Shown here: piece after piece, positions 35,318 to 43,157 of the stretch
Layout of the letters: each line of letters opens with the position of its first letter
Position numbering within the stretch: position 1 is the stretch's first letter
Source: Escherichia phage vB_EcoS_MM01
Length of the DNA stretch: 43,157 bases
Sequence record: MK373793.1
Direction: 5' to 3' (one strand)
The notes under the pieces: model-generated
The model's input: the letters and a program-made list of their open reading frames with translations, nothing else
Told to the model about the DNA's origin: nothing
Databases searched by the model: none
Made by a program: the position numbers and the translations under genes

Positions 35318-35556
35318 TAGTTGAAACCGGACGCGCCGCAGTTTGGGCGCACTGTGGAGAGGCGGGATTGCAAGATGACATCAAGAAAATATCTAAATAC
35401 TTCGATATTCAAGAAATCAGCGTTGTGTACGGCGGTAAATTTTCATATATACAAGATCGTCCAAGGAAATATGTAAGAGTTAAGCCTGGTGTGAGTATTG
35501 ATGTTAACGATTTCCTGAAATCTCAGGGATGCAAATTTAAGATAACCAAGGGTTAA
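35314..35556 (+). CDS. hypothetical protein (80 aa)
   Basis: ORF track. Confidence 0.45.
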   Translation: MIVETGRAAVWAHCGEAGLQDDIKKISKYFDIQEISVVYGGKFSYIQDRPRKYVRVKPGVSIDVNDFLKSQGCKFKITKG

Positions 35557-35558
35557 AT

Positions 35559-35810
35559 ATGTTGGGTTTATATTTTCAGCCAGAGCATTACGATTTAGTG
35601 TATGGGCAAAGTGGGGCGAAGTTTAGAGCGATACCTATTTCTGATTGGTTTCCTCCTGACTATCTTGATGTTAACGCAAAAACTAAAGATGGAAAGTGGG
35701 TTCAGATTTACTACTCGCCAGCTTGCGGCAACCTTTGCATGACTGACTTGGACCAGAAATTAGCAATTAGTGCGGAAATGATTGATTACTGGTTAAAAGA
35801 AGTTGAATGA
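35559..35810 (+). CDS. hypothetical protein (83 aa)
   Basis: ORF track. Confidence 0.45.
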   Translation: MLGLYFQPEHYDLVYGQSGAKFRAIPISDWFPPDYLDVNAKTKDGKWVQIYYSPACGNLCMTDLDQKLAISAEMIDYWLKEVE

Positions 35811-35881
35811 GAGCACTAACACTAGTAGCATTAGCACCACTGTTTAGCTTTACTATCTTATACTTTATCGTAATGAATTAA
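35807..35881 (+). CDS. very small hydrophobic peptide (24 aa)
   Basis: read manually; ATGA overlap; could be non-coding. Confidence 0.25.
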   Translation: MRALTLVALAPLFSFTILYFIVMN

Positions 35882-35891
35882 GGAACTTAAA

Positions 35892-37028
35892 ATGGCAACT
35901 GCAAAAATTACCAACGAAGAGCTGCGCGAAGAGCTGGCGAACGGTATGACTAACAAAGCAATCGCAGAGAAGTACGGTATGAATATTCGCAATGTTGAGT
36001 TGCGTCGTAGTAAATTGGCAAAGAGTGGAGAATTGCACGGAAACCCAGGCATCAAAAAGCTAGTTCCTGACGGTTATATGGTTAAGGGAACATCAACGAT
36101 GATTGATGCCGAAGGTAACGAAAAGATTCGCTGGGTTAAAACATCCGTAGATAATGAGCGCCTTGAGGTTTTAATGGAGCAGGCTCGAGAGGCATTTTGC
36201 TCAGAGTTGCCAAAGGCTATTCCATCTGAATCACCGAATGTTAACTTTGATGATAACACACTTGCGATGTATCCAGTTTTTGATTTACACATTGGAGCAA
36301 TGGCACACAAACACGAGTGCGGCGAAAACTACGACACAGCAACAGCCGAGAAAGTAATGAATGGATTCTTTGATTACGCTGTTGATAAGGCGCCAAACTC
36401 TAAGAATGCTGTATTGGTATTGGGTGGCGATTTCCTGCATTACGATTCACTTGAGGCAAAAACACCAGCTTCAGGGCATATCTTAGATAGCGACAGTCGT
36501 TATGCAAAAATTGTTTATGTTGCAATCCGGTCAGTACGTCGTGCAATTTCTCGAATGATGGGGAAGCACCAGAATATCGACATTAAAGTTATAAGCGGAA
36601 ACCATGATGAAGCGGGAATGGTTTGGTTGCGTGCGGCGCTGGCTGCATTTTATGAAGATGAGCCGCGTGTAAGCGTTGACGTTAGCCCTGCCGCTATGAT
36701 GATGACCAGCTTTGGAAGCACGCTTATTGGTTATACTCATGGGCACCAGATGCGTAAAGCTGATACAAGACTGACTGTTATGGCAACTGATTTCCGTAAG
36801 TTGTTTGGGCAAAGTGAGTATGTTTATACACATAGTGGCCATTGGCACTCACAGAAAATTACAGAGACGAATCTTGGTATTGATGAAGTTCACGGCCAGC
36901 TAGGTAGCCCAGATGCGTACTCGGCAAATGGCGGCTGGCGCTCTCAGCGTCAAGCGGCAGTAATCGTTTATCATAAGGAATTTGGCGAGGTTGGTCGCTT
37001 CATCTGTCGCCCAAAAATGTTTAGCTAA
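35892..37028 (+). CDS. calcineurin-like metallophosphoesterase with N-terminal HTH-like domain
   Basis: motifs DLHIG, GGDFLHYD, GNHDE, GHWH in order; N-terminal TNKAIAEKYGMNIRNVELRR resembles an HTH. Confidence 0.65.
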   Translation: MATAKITNEELREELANGMTNKAIAEKYGMNIRNVELRRSKLAKSGELHGNPGIKKLVPDGYMVKGTSTMIDAEGNEKIRWVKTSVDNERLEVLMEQAREAFCSELPKAIPSESPNVNFDDNTLAMYPVFDLHIGAMAHKHECGENYDTATAEKVMNGFFDYAVDKAPNSKNAVLVLGGDFLHYDSLEAKTPASGHILDSDSRYAKIVYVAIRSVRRAISRMMGKHQNIDIKVISGNHDEAGMVWLRAALAAFYEDEPRVSVDVSPAAMMMTSFGSTLIGYTHGHQMRKADTRLTVMATDFRKLFGQSEYVYTHSGHWHSQKITETNLGIDEVHGQLGSPDAYSANGGWRSQRQAAVIVYHKEFGEVGRFICRPKMFS

Positions 37029-37046
37029 TAGCACTTTTTGTTAAAA
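37027..37046 (+). repeat. junction motif A copy (aatagcactttttgttaaaa)
   Basis: begins right after TAA stop; hairpin acccac-gaaa-gtgggt; motif B 37078-37087; ATG 37100. Confidence 0.6.
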
Positions 37047-37099
37047 CGATACCCACGAAAGTGGGTATTATTGTTTTATCGAAACGAGAGGAGATAGAA

Positions 37100-37588
37100 A
37101 TGAATTGGCATGAATTTTTCATATACGATAATGGAACTTTGTTTTGGAAGGTGAAGCCTTCAAGAAGTGTCTTGGTTGGCAGCGTTGCTGGTGGCTTGCA
37201 CTCCGCTGGATATGTTGACTTAAGGTTAAATAAAAAAGCATACTTGTGCCATAGAATTATTTGGGAGATGCATAACGGGATAATACCAGAAGGTATGGAG
37301 ATTGATCATATAAATCACATTAGGGATGACAACAGAATTGAGAATTTGCGACTTGTGAGCAGGCTAGAAAACCATAGAAACAGATCAAAACCAAAAAACA
37401 ATAAAAGCGGATTTACTGGAGTGAGGCAAACGAATAGTGGTAAGTGGACATCTTACATATGCTTAAGGGATGAAAATAACAAGAGGTATATAAAAACATT
37501 ATATTACGGAGATTCTTTTGATTGCGCTGTATCTGCAAGAGTCGAGGCTGTGAAAGGCTTTGGGTTTCATGATAATCACGGGGAGTAA
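37100..37588 (+). CDS. HNH endonuclease with AP2-like DNA-binding domain
   Basis: IDHINHIRDDNRIENLRLVSRLENHRN plus C-terminal GFTGVRQ...GKWTSYI. Confidence 0.65.
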   Translation: MNWHEFFIYDNGTLFWKVKPSRSVLVGSVAGGLHSAGYVDLRLNKKAYLCHRIIWEMHNGIIPEGMEIDHINHIRDDNRIENLRLVSRLENHRNRSKPKNNKSGFTGVRQTNSGKWTSYICLRDENNKRYIKTLYYGDSFDCAVSARVEAVKGFGFHDNHGE

Positions 37589-37594
37589 GAAGGA

Positions 37595-37858
37595 ATGACT
37601 AGAGAGAAATATAACAGAGAAATCATTGGCCTGAATGGCGAAACTGCAATCGTGGACGTATATCGAGTTCTTTCGGCTTTTAATGTGCAAAACCCAATGG
37701 CACAGCACGCAATCAAAAAGCTCCTTTGTGCAGGGTTAAGAGGCCACAAAGACTTAAACGAGGATGTTGATGACATTATCGATTCATTGCAGAAAATGAA
37801 AACCTTCTTAGGTCAGCAGCAAATAGCACAAATTGCTAAAGACAATAATCAAAAGTAA
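37595..37858 (+). CDS. hypothetical protein (87 aa)
   Basis: ORF track; embeds a motif A copy in its C-terminal codons. Confidence 0.45.
   Translation: MTREKYNREIIGLNGETAIVDVYRVLSAFNVQNPMAQHAIKKLLCAGLRGHKDLNEDVDDIIDSLQKMKTFLGQQQIAQIAKDNNQK
37822..37841 (+). repeat. junction motif A copy embedded in coding sequence (aatagcacaaattgctaaag)
   Basis: encodes QIAQIAK; motif B at 37873-37882 precedes next gene. Confidence 0.55.
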
Positions 37859-37892
37859 GTTAATATAACCACATCGAAACGAGATAAACCAA

Positions 37893-38096
37893 ATGAACGA
37901 GAGAGATAAAATGACTAACGTAACACTGAAATGCACATCAAACACTTCTAAGTCCCTGGATTTCGTAGTAGGAAATACTTATGAGGCAGTTGACCGCAAG
38001 GACTCGATGTTTGAGGTGATCAGCGAGAAAGGTTGGTGTTTGATTATGCCGCTGGATGGGCACTTCGTTAAGTTTGGGGTAACAAAACAGAAATAA
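37893..38096 (+). CDS. hypothetical protein (67 aa)
   Basis: ORF track. Confidence 0.45.
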   Translation: MNERDKMTNVTLKCTSNTSKSLDFVVGNTYEAVDRKDSMFEVISEKGWCLIMPLDGHFVKFGVTKQK

Positions 38097-38124
38097 TATA
38101 GCAATATAAAACATAGATATGCGT

Positions 38125-38153
38125 AGGGGTGGCCTTTTGGCTGCCCCTTTTTT
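38125..38153 (+). terminator. rho-independent terminator
   Basis: aggggtggcc-tttt-ggctgcccct imperfect hairpin plus T run. Confidence 0.5.
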
Positions 38154-38228
38154 CGTTCAAATCTTATGTAGTTAAGGTTAGTATTTAGACATTATGTTTA
38201 ACTATTGACAATTTAATGAGGTTTTATT

Positions 38229-38444
38229 ATGCGCGATGTAATTAACGCCGCTACTGCTCTTTCTGGCGGCTCTTCCTTGACTGGAGCTGCTACTGGGCAG
38301 CTTGTTGTTGCTGTTATTGGTCTTATTTTTCTTATTGCATTTGGTTTGTTTGGTGCCTGGCTTAAGTGGAAGGATAGTAAAGCAATTCGCCGCGCGCTAG
38401 AGTCTGGAGACTTGCAGACAGCGTTAAAGCTGAGAGCTAAGTAA
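38229..38444 (+). CDS. holin (possibly pinholin)
   Basis: 71 aa, Gly/Ala-rich hydrophobic segments, charged C-terminus, directly upstream of endolysin. Confidence 0.5.
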   Translation: MRDVINAATALSGGSSLTGAATGQLVVAVIGLIFLIAFGLFGAWLKWKDSKAIRRALESGDLQTALKLRAK

Positions 38445-38935
38445 TGAGTACGCAAAGGGTAGTGATAGGCGTACTAACTGCGGGTGCTATAGGTATAGCC
38501 GCCCCTCTTATCGAAAAGGTGGAGGGTGTAGAGTACAAGCCTTATAAGGACATCGCTGGAATTTGGACTGTTTGCAGTGGTATTACTGGTCCTGATGTCA
38601 TCATTGGTAAAACATATACCAAATCAGAGTGCAGGAAATTGTTAACCAAGCACATAGCAATACACGGGAAATATGTTGAAGATGCCATTAAAGTTCCAGT
38701 ACATCCAAACACTCGAGCGGCGCTAATTAGCTTTAGCTACAATGTTGGCGGCAATGCAATGAGGAAGTCTACAGCTGTAAGGCTAATTAACAACGGAAAG
38801 ATTGAGCAGGGGTGTAAGGCGCTGAGTCTTTGGAATAAAGCCACCATTAACGGCAAGAAGGTTGTCGTTAAGGGGCTTGTTAATCGCAGGAATGAGGAGA
38901 TCAAGCTATGCTTAAGCGGCTTGCAGGGTTATTGA
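38444..38935 (+). CDS. SAR endolysin (lysozyme, phage 21 R-like)
   Basis: N-terminal Gly/Ala-rich signal-anchor VVIGVLTAGAIGIAAPLI then EGVEYKPYKDIAGIWTVCSGITG with Glu/Asp/Thr catalytic triad. Confidence 0.8.
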   Translation: MSTQRVVIGVLTAGAIGIAAPLIEKVEGVEYKPYKDIAGIWTVCSGITGPDVIIGKTYTKSECRKLLTKHIAIHGKYVEDAIKVPVHPNTRAALISFSYNVGGNAMRKSTAVRLINNGKIEQGCKALSLWNKATINGKKVVVKGLVNRRNEEIKLCLSGLQGY

Positions 38936-39297
38936 TGTTCGCGGCCTTATCTGGATGCTCGGCAACTGATGCGCTGACCGGGCTAATTGGCAGTAAGCCA
39001 GAAGTCACGGCACAGGTTGGTGCGGCTAACAATAAGGTTGGCGTTGGTGCTTCAGTTAGTAGCGACTCTAGCAACTCATCAGAGGCCACAGTAAGAGATT
39101 CAAAGGTTGGTAGCCTTGATAGCTCTAGCGGTAAAAAGACCTCTGACAATTCGATTAAGGCATCTACAATCACTGCAGAAAAGATTGAAATTACCAATAA
39201 CGAATCATCCGCGCTTCCGTGGATTGGAACAGGAGCTATGGGTCTGCTGGTTTTAATTCTCCTGGCCTTAATCTTAAGACGTAAAAAAGCCTCCTAA
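38908..39297 (+). CDS. unimolecular spanin (lipoprotein with C-terminal TMD)
   Basis: lipobox LSGC at N-terminus and C-terminal TM helix GLLVLILLALIL followed by RRKKAS. Confidence 0.6.
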   Translation: MLKRLAGLLMFAALSGCSATDALTGLIGSKPEVTAQVGAANNKVGVGASVSSDSSNSSEATVRDSKVGSLDSSSGKKTSDNSIKASTITAEKIEITNNESSALPWIGTGAMGLLVLILLALILRRKKAS

Positions 39298-39311
39298 TGG
39301 AGGCTGTATTT
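39283..39311. terminator. bidirectional rho-independent terminator
   Basis: gcctcc-taat-ggaggc hairpin between A run and T run, separating convergent operons. Confidence 0.5.
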
Positions 39312-39578
39312 TTAGATTTTACCTTCCTGCATAAGACCTTCAACTAAAGTCATGCAATATCTTGCTGGCTTCCATTTCTCGAGCGCTTTCTCAGCACCAT
39401 TCTCAGTCTTGTATGATTTGATGCTTGGTACCTTAGTCATGCTAACTCCACCGCCATATCCATAATCGATCTCTTCAACAACCCAAAACAAACCATCAAT
39501 TTCTTTAACTAAGAGTCGTTTAAAAGCAAGGTTGCCAGTTTCTTCGTTTTTGTAGCGCTTCAGGTAACGTACAGTCAT
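39312..39578 (-). CDS. hypothetical protein (88 aa)
   Basis: internal ATG of track ORF 39312..39650, placed by motif A/B unit. Confidence 0.45.
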   Translation of the reverse strand: MTVRYLKRYKNEETGNLAFKRLLVKEIDGLFWVVEEIDYGYGGGVSMTKVPSIKSYKTENGAEKALEKWKPARYCMTLVEGLMQEGKI

Positions 39579-39641
39579 TTTTGATTTCCTTTTGTGTGTC
39601 TCTTTTCGATGAATTAAGAATAGCAAAAGCCCATGATGGGC

Positions 39642-39661
39642 TTTTAACAAAAAGTGCTATT
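39642..39661 (-). repeat. junction motif A copy (aatagcactttttgttaaaa on minus strand)
   Basis: follows TAA stop of upstream gene; hairpin gcccat-catgggc; motif-B variant catcgaaaaga. Confidence 0.6.
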
Positions 39662-40005
39662 TAAGAGAATAACTCGTCGTCAGTCATCATTCCTATGCTC
39701 ATCATCTCTTTTATATACTTGCTGCCATACCCGCTCAGTGCTTCGAAGCTAAACTCAAACGGCCTTTTCAGACTCCCCTTGCTAACAAACTCACCACACT
39801 TACCATCAATATATCCAGCGCTTAACATCTTAGCGCAGAACTCCTTTGAAGCTGCACTACAAAACTCTCTGTGCGACAAGCCTGCCGCCTTGCTGAATCT
39901 CTCTGAATCCTTGTGCTTGTATATGAATCGCGCCAAATGCTGACGCGTGAAGTAAGAATACGACTCACAAAATCTGTATACATCGAGAAGAAACATCTTA
40001 ATCAC
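39661..40005 (-). CDS. hypothetical protein (114 aa)
   Basis: ORF track; GTG start overlapping upstream stop. Confidence 0.45.
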   Translation of the reverse strand: MIKMFLLDVYRFCESYSYFTRQHLARFIYKHKDSERFSKAAGLSHREFCSAASKEFCAKMLSAGYIDGKCGEFVSKGSLKRPFEFSFEALSGYGSKYIKEMMSIGMMTDDELFS

Positions 40006-41585
40006 CCTATTACACGTGGATTAACATAAACACGGTCATCAATCATGCAAACATAGTTACGCTCTTCAAGCATCGGGATTAAGTGGTCCTTAATCTTCGT
40101 CATTACGCCAGCCTGAGCCTCGAATGGCTTAACCTTACGAGCAGCCTCATACAACGCACGAAGGCTAACGAAACCTTTACCAGCCTTACCCATCTTCAGA
40201 GCCAGGTCGATAAGTTTATTCATCTCGGCGTTATCACCAGCATGACCAGCGGCATTGGCAGAAGATAAATATGTTTTGCTTAACTCGTTAAACATTAAAA
40301 CTGCTTCTTGCATTGTTTCAAGTTCAATCTCGCGTGACTTCTGAGGATTACTACCTTCTTCAGATACCCAATTGCGAACAGTATGAAGAACCGAGGCTAT
40401 GCGGATTGCCTGCTTGTCAAACTTACCAAGTGCGCCACGCAGCATTGTATGACTATACTTACCACCATCACGTAAGTGCGGCTCCATATCCTGGCGAGCA
40501 CGGTTTAAATAACGCATAGCCGAATCGCTAATGGTCAGTTTAACATCGACTTCACTCATGATATTGTGAATTAGCTTAAAGTAAGTTGCCTTAAGCGCTC
40601 CATCAATAGGCTCATAAGTTGAACGACCCTCATCATCAACAAAAACACGTTCACCTAAGAATGATTTCTCACGAACAAGCAAAAAACGCTCTGATACACC
40701 GATACCGCGAGCACCAGCATTCATGATTGCGTTGATTGTCTCATCCTGTGCAATTACAGAGATACAACCCAACGCAGTAAAAGACATGTTGTTTTCAGCG
40801 TTAGCACGAGCAATAGAAACATCACCAGAGTCCCACGCCTTAAGAACCAGTTCACTGTTTGTCTTTTTGCTTCCGTCACCATAAGTCATGCCTAATAATG
40901 AGTTTACAGAAGTTGCTTCATCCGATATTACAGCAAAGTTACCTTGACGGAAGTTAATTCGCGCAAGACCTTCAGGAGTTGTGTCAGATACAGGAAAAAC
41001 CACATCACATAACTTCTCCAGCTTCTCCTCAAGATTCTCCTTATCTTCAAACAATCTGGCCATTTCCGAAGGTGATTGCTCCTGCTTCATTTCTTTAGCG
41101 AGAGCAGAGAGTTTCGCCATAATCTTTTTACGTTCACGCTTGCGCTCTTCGTTGATTCTGTCTCGTTCAGCAATCATTGGCGCAGTTGCCAGGCTGTTAA
41201 TTGCTGATTTACCGGTTGAAGGCGGCTGGCTTGTAACAACATAAAGCGCGGTTGGCTGAGTTGTTCCGTGATACTCAACAGTAAAGCGACCCAGCATTGC
41301 AGAAGATACGCAGCCGAGAAAATGCATATAAGCAGAAGAAGCCGGGAACTGTACTGAGCGGGCGATGTTAGCCGATAGCTTACCTACCACATCAAAATCA
41401 TTTCCAAGACTGATTACAGGATACTTATCATTACAATTCTCAACCTCTACAGGGTCTTTCCAGAATGACTGAGCGTATCGCATACCGTTCGCTTTAATTG
41501 CCACACGAAGCGGTGAAATGCCTTGCTGCTGCGCAATAGCCATAACCTGGTCGACACTCAACTTGCTGGATTCGAACTCAAACAT
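40002..41585 (-). CDS. P-loop NTPase (replication-associated ATPase, DUF3987-like?)
   Basis: Walker A QPPSTGKSA and Walker-B-like AVISDEA; start at MFEFESS inside track ORF. Confidence 0.5.
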   Translation of the reverse strand: MFEFESSKLSVDQVMAIAQQQGISPLRVAIKANGMRYAQSFWKDPVEVENCNDKYPVISLGNDFDVVGKLSANIARSVQFPASSAYMHFLGCVSSAMLGRFTVEYHGTTQPTALYVVTSQPPSTGKSAINSLATAPMIAERDRINEERKRERKKIMAKLSALAKEMKQEQSPSEMARLFEDKENLEEKLEKLCDVVFPVSDTTPEGLARINFRQGNFAVISDEATSVNSLLGMTYGDGSKKTNSELVLKAWDSGDVSIARANAENNMSFTALGCISVIAQDETINAIMNAGARGIGVSERFLLVREKSFLGERVFVDDEGRSTYEPIDGALKATYFKLIHNIMSEVDVKLTISDSAMRYLNRARQDMEPHLRDGGKYSHTMLRGALGKFDKQAIRIASVLHTVRNWVSEEGSNPQKSREIELETMQEAVLMFNELSKTYLSSANAAGHAGDNAEMNKLIDLALKMGKAGKGFVSLRALYEAARKVKPFEAQAGVMTKIKDHLIPMLEERNYVCMIDDRVYVNPRVIG

Positions 41586-41658
41586 CTTAATACTCCATCT
41601 CGTTAATATGCGGGCATTATATAACACCCGCTCAGATATGCTTTAACTTTTAGTGCTG

Positions 41659-42012
41659 TTATAGGTATTGCGCTTCGAATTTGTAAGTTTCGCAGAGCGT
41701 CTTAAATCCAACCTCTTCATCTCGATAAAGCTGCCAGGCATTGCCTTCTTTGTCATAAATGTAACCAGCATTCTGACCCAAACCAGAGTGCATATTCACC
41801 TGGAAGCGCTTACCCTCAGTGAAAACTTTAGCAACGCCGCTCTTGTGATTAACCTTTGTACAATACAGAGTCTTAGTTTTAATGTATTTTCCGCGCTCCG
41901 TAAGGTTCTGCCATTTGCCGTTAACCTTGATTTGTTCCACACCATCTTTAACGCGAGCTTTGAATAAATCATTGTCGCTTGAAATCCAGTTTTTACTAAT
42001 TGTAGTAGTCAT
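41659..42012 (-). CDS. hypothetical protein (117 aa)
   Basis: internal ATG of track ORF 41659..42039, coupled to upstream stop. Confidence 0.45.
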   Translation of the reverse strand: MTTTISKNWISSDNDLFKARVKDGVEQIKVNGKWQNLTERGKYIKTKTLYCTKVNHKSGVAKVFTEGKRFQVNMHSGLGQNAGYIYDKEGNAWQLYRDEEVGFKTLCETYKFEAQYL

Positions 42013-42014
42013 TA

Positions 42015-42176
42015 TTAAGCTCTCTCTTTCGTTTTCCACATGAATTTGTTTGGCGCTGACTTACGCACGATGCGCACAACAATCTTATCTGTCTTTTGTA
42101 CCAAGCCGTAAATCTTACCGTCAAGTGATGCTCGGTACACTGCTTCTTCCATCGCGTCGTAAAAGTTGTCGAACAT
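42015..42176 (-). CDS. hypothetical small protein (53 aa)
   Basis: read manually (MFDNFYDAMEEAVYRASLDGK...); preceded by motif A/B unit. Confidence 0.35.
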   Translation of the reverse strand: MFDNFYDAMEEAVYRASLDGKIYGLVQKTDKIVVRIVRKSAPNKFMWKTKERA

Positions 42177-42227
42177 TTTTTATCTCCCGTCTCGATGAAA
42201 AGATAATACCGCATATCGCATAAATGC

Positions 42228-42247
42228 TTTTAGCAATTCGTGCTATT
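42228..42247 (-). repeat. junction motif A copy (aatagcacgaattgctaaaa on minus strand)
   Basis: encodes C-terminal NSTNC* of upstream small gene; motif-B variant catcgagacg at 42188-42197. Confidence 0.6.
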
Positions 42248-42391
42248 GCGAGCTTTTTCTATCGCCTTAAGCATTATCTCGTGACTTTCTAACAAATCCT
42301 CTCGAAACCAGTCGCCGCAAGGCCAACCTTTCCCGCTATAAGCAGCCACAGTGTCAATGTCGTAATAATTGATTTCTGATGGTAGCAACAT
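42230..42391 (-). CDS. hypothetical small protein (53 aa, C-terminus ARNSTNC)
   Basis: read manually; ends inside motif A. Confidence 0.35.
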   Translation of the reverse strand: MLLPSEINYYDIDTVAAYSGKGWPCGDWFREDLLESHEIMLKAIEKARNSTNC

Positions 42392-42394
42392 ATT

Positions 42395-42595
42395 TTAAAC
42401 CTCTTTGAACTTAGCTATACCAAGAACCACCCAGTTACCCAGGGATTTCACAGCCATAAAGCCGCCACCCTTAAACTTTTCACGATTACCGTAAATTAGC
42501 AGCTCGCCGCTCTTTAACTCTTCGAACTGGTATTCTGCGCCTTTCTCGAAGCAATCATTGTAGCCATTGATAACGCCAGTGCACTTTAGTTTCAT
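42395..42595 (-). CDS. hypothetical protein (66 aa)
   Basis: ORF track; GAGGA RBS. Confidence 0.4.
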   Translation of the reverse strand: MKLKCTGVINGYNDCFEKGAEYQFEELKSGELLIYGNREKFKGGGFMAVKSLGNWVVLGIAKFKEV

Positions 42596-42605
42596 ATCTT
42601 AGTCC

Positions 42606-42782
42606 TCAAAAAGGTATGCAATGATTGCAGCCTTCACCATTGCAACAGAAATCTTCATCCTCTGACTGGAAATGTCTGGCAAGATTAATGTCAATCTTTC
42701 CCTTAACAACCATCTCAGTATAGTCCTCGTTAAGCCCAATCAGAGCGCATTCATGGCGTATCTCTTCTTTATTTATCTTCAT
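42606..42782 (-). CDS. hypothetical Cys-rich small protein (58 aa)
   Basis: read manually; C-terminal CCNGEGCNHC cluster; overlaps upstream gene by 14 nt. Confidence 0.35.
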   Translation of the reverse strand: MKINKEEIRHECALIGLNEDYTEMVVKGKIDINLARHFQSEDEDFCCNGEGCNHCIPF

Positions 42783-43050
42783 GCTTTTTCATCTCGTTAA
42801 TGAAACATTGAACAACAAGCAGCTTGTCTTCGTTATGAATCGGCGACTCTTTAAGGGCATCAATCACCGCGTTAAGAGGAGCTCCGTCATGGAAGAACTC
42901 CTGACCCAGGCTACAGAACTGTGCGCTTGTAGGGTAAGCAATCTGGTTAACAGTGGTCGTCATCGTGTCAGCGCTTGCCTTTGCGAAGCCAATTCCAGAT
43001 GCCAGAATTGCTGCTGCGTATACTGCTGTGATTAACTTTTTCATATCCAT
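42769..43050 (-). CDS. secreted/periplasmic protein with signal peptide
   Basis: N-terminus MKKLITAVYAAAILASGIGFAKA typical Sec signal; preceded by motif A/B unit. Confidence 0.5.
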   Translation of the reverse strand: MDMKKLITAVYAAAILASGIGFAKASADTMTTTVNQIAYPTSAQFCSLGQEFFHDGAPLNAVIDALKESPIHNEDKLLVVQCFINEMKKHEDK

Positions 43051-43097
43051 CTCCTCGTTGTTGATGTGTTAACTATAGCCACATAGATTCAATATGT

Positions 43098-43117
43098 CTT
43101 TAGCAAAAAGTGCTATT
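43098..43117 (-). repeat. junction motif A copy (aatagcactttttgctaaag on minus strand)
   Basis: motif-B variant catcaacaacgaggag lies between it and ATG 43050. Confidence 0.6.
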
Positions 43118-43157
43118 TCTCAGATTGGCGATAATCACTGGTATCACAAAGGTATCA
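43103..43157 (-). CDS. 3' end of a gene running off the window edge (partial; ...RNSTFC*)
   Basis: only one minus frame is open to the window edge; stop TAA lies inside motif A. Confidence 0.25.

Noticed and set aside
1-43157. Integrase, excisionase or CI-like repressor module
   Set aside because: No tyrosine or serine recombinase-sized ORF or motif was seen; the only HTH proteins (31676..32182 and the N-terminus of 35892..37028) lack an adjacent integrase, so the phage is treated as virulent by inference only.

Overview
This 43.2-kb window is gene-dense on both strands and reads as a near-complete genome of a virulent tailed dsDNA phage (siphovirus type, enterobacterial style). I found no integrase or repressor. 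The most interesting feature is a conserved gene-junction element repeated at 13 loci; the second is a head-to-head junction of two apparently 5'-truncated genes at 27.3 kb. Layout, left to right: (1) an AT-rich non-coding left end (1-485) with a sigma70-like promoter, then a block of small early ORFs (545-3111); (2) a tRNA-Arg(UCU) at 3389-3463; (3) a long plus-strand late operon (3777-26254): small and large terminase, portal, scaffold, a collagen-like protein, major capsid protein, head-tail joining proteins, major tail protein, G/G-T chaperones with an AAAAAAC -1 frameshift site, tape measure, and lambda-like M/L/K/I/J tail-tip proteins, interrupted by AT-rich morons (a 186-aa orphan, a lipoprotein, an HNH endonuclease); (4) a minus-strand lipoprotein cassette; (5) a recombination module (exonuclease, Erf, SSB); (6) a minus-strand tail fibre; (7) replication genes (primase, helicase, VRR-NUC); (8) a lysis cassette (holin, SAR endolysin, unimolecular spanin); (9) a minus-strand early operon running off the right edge. 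All functional calls rest on motifs and gene order read by eye; no database search was run. Coordinates include the stop codon.
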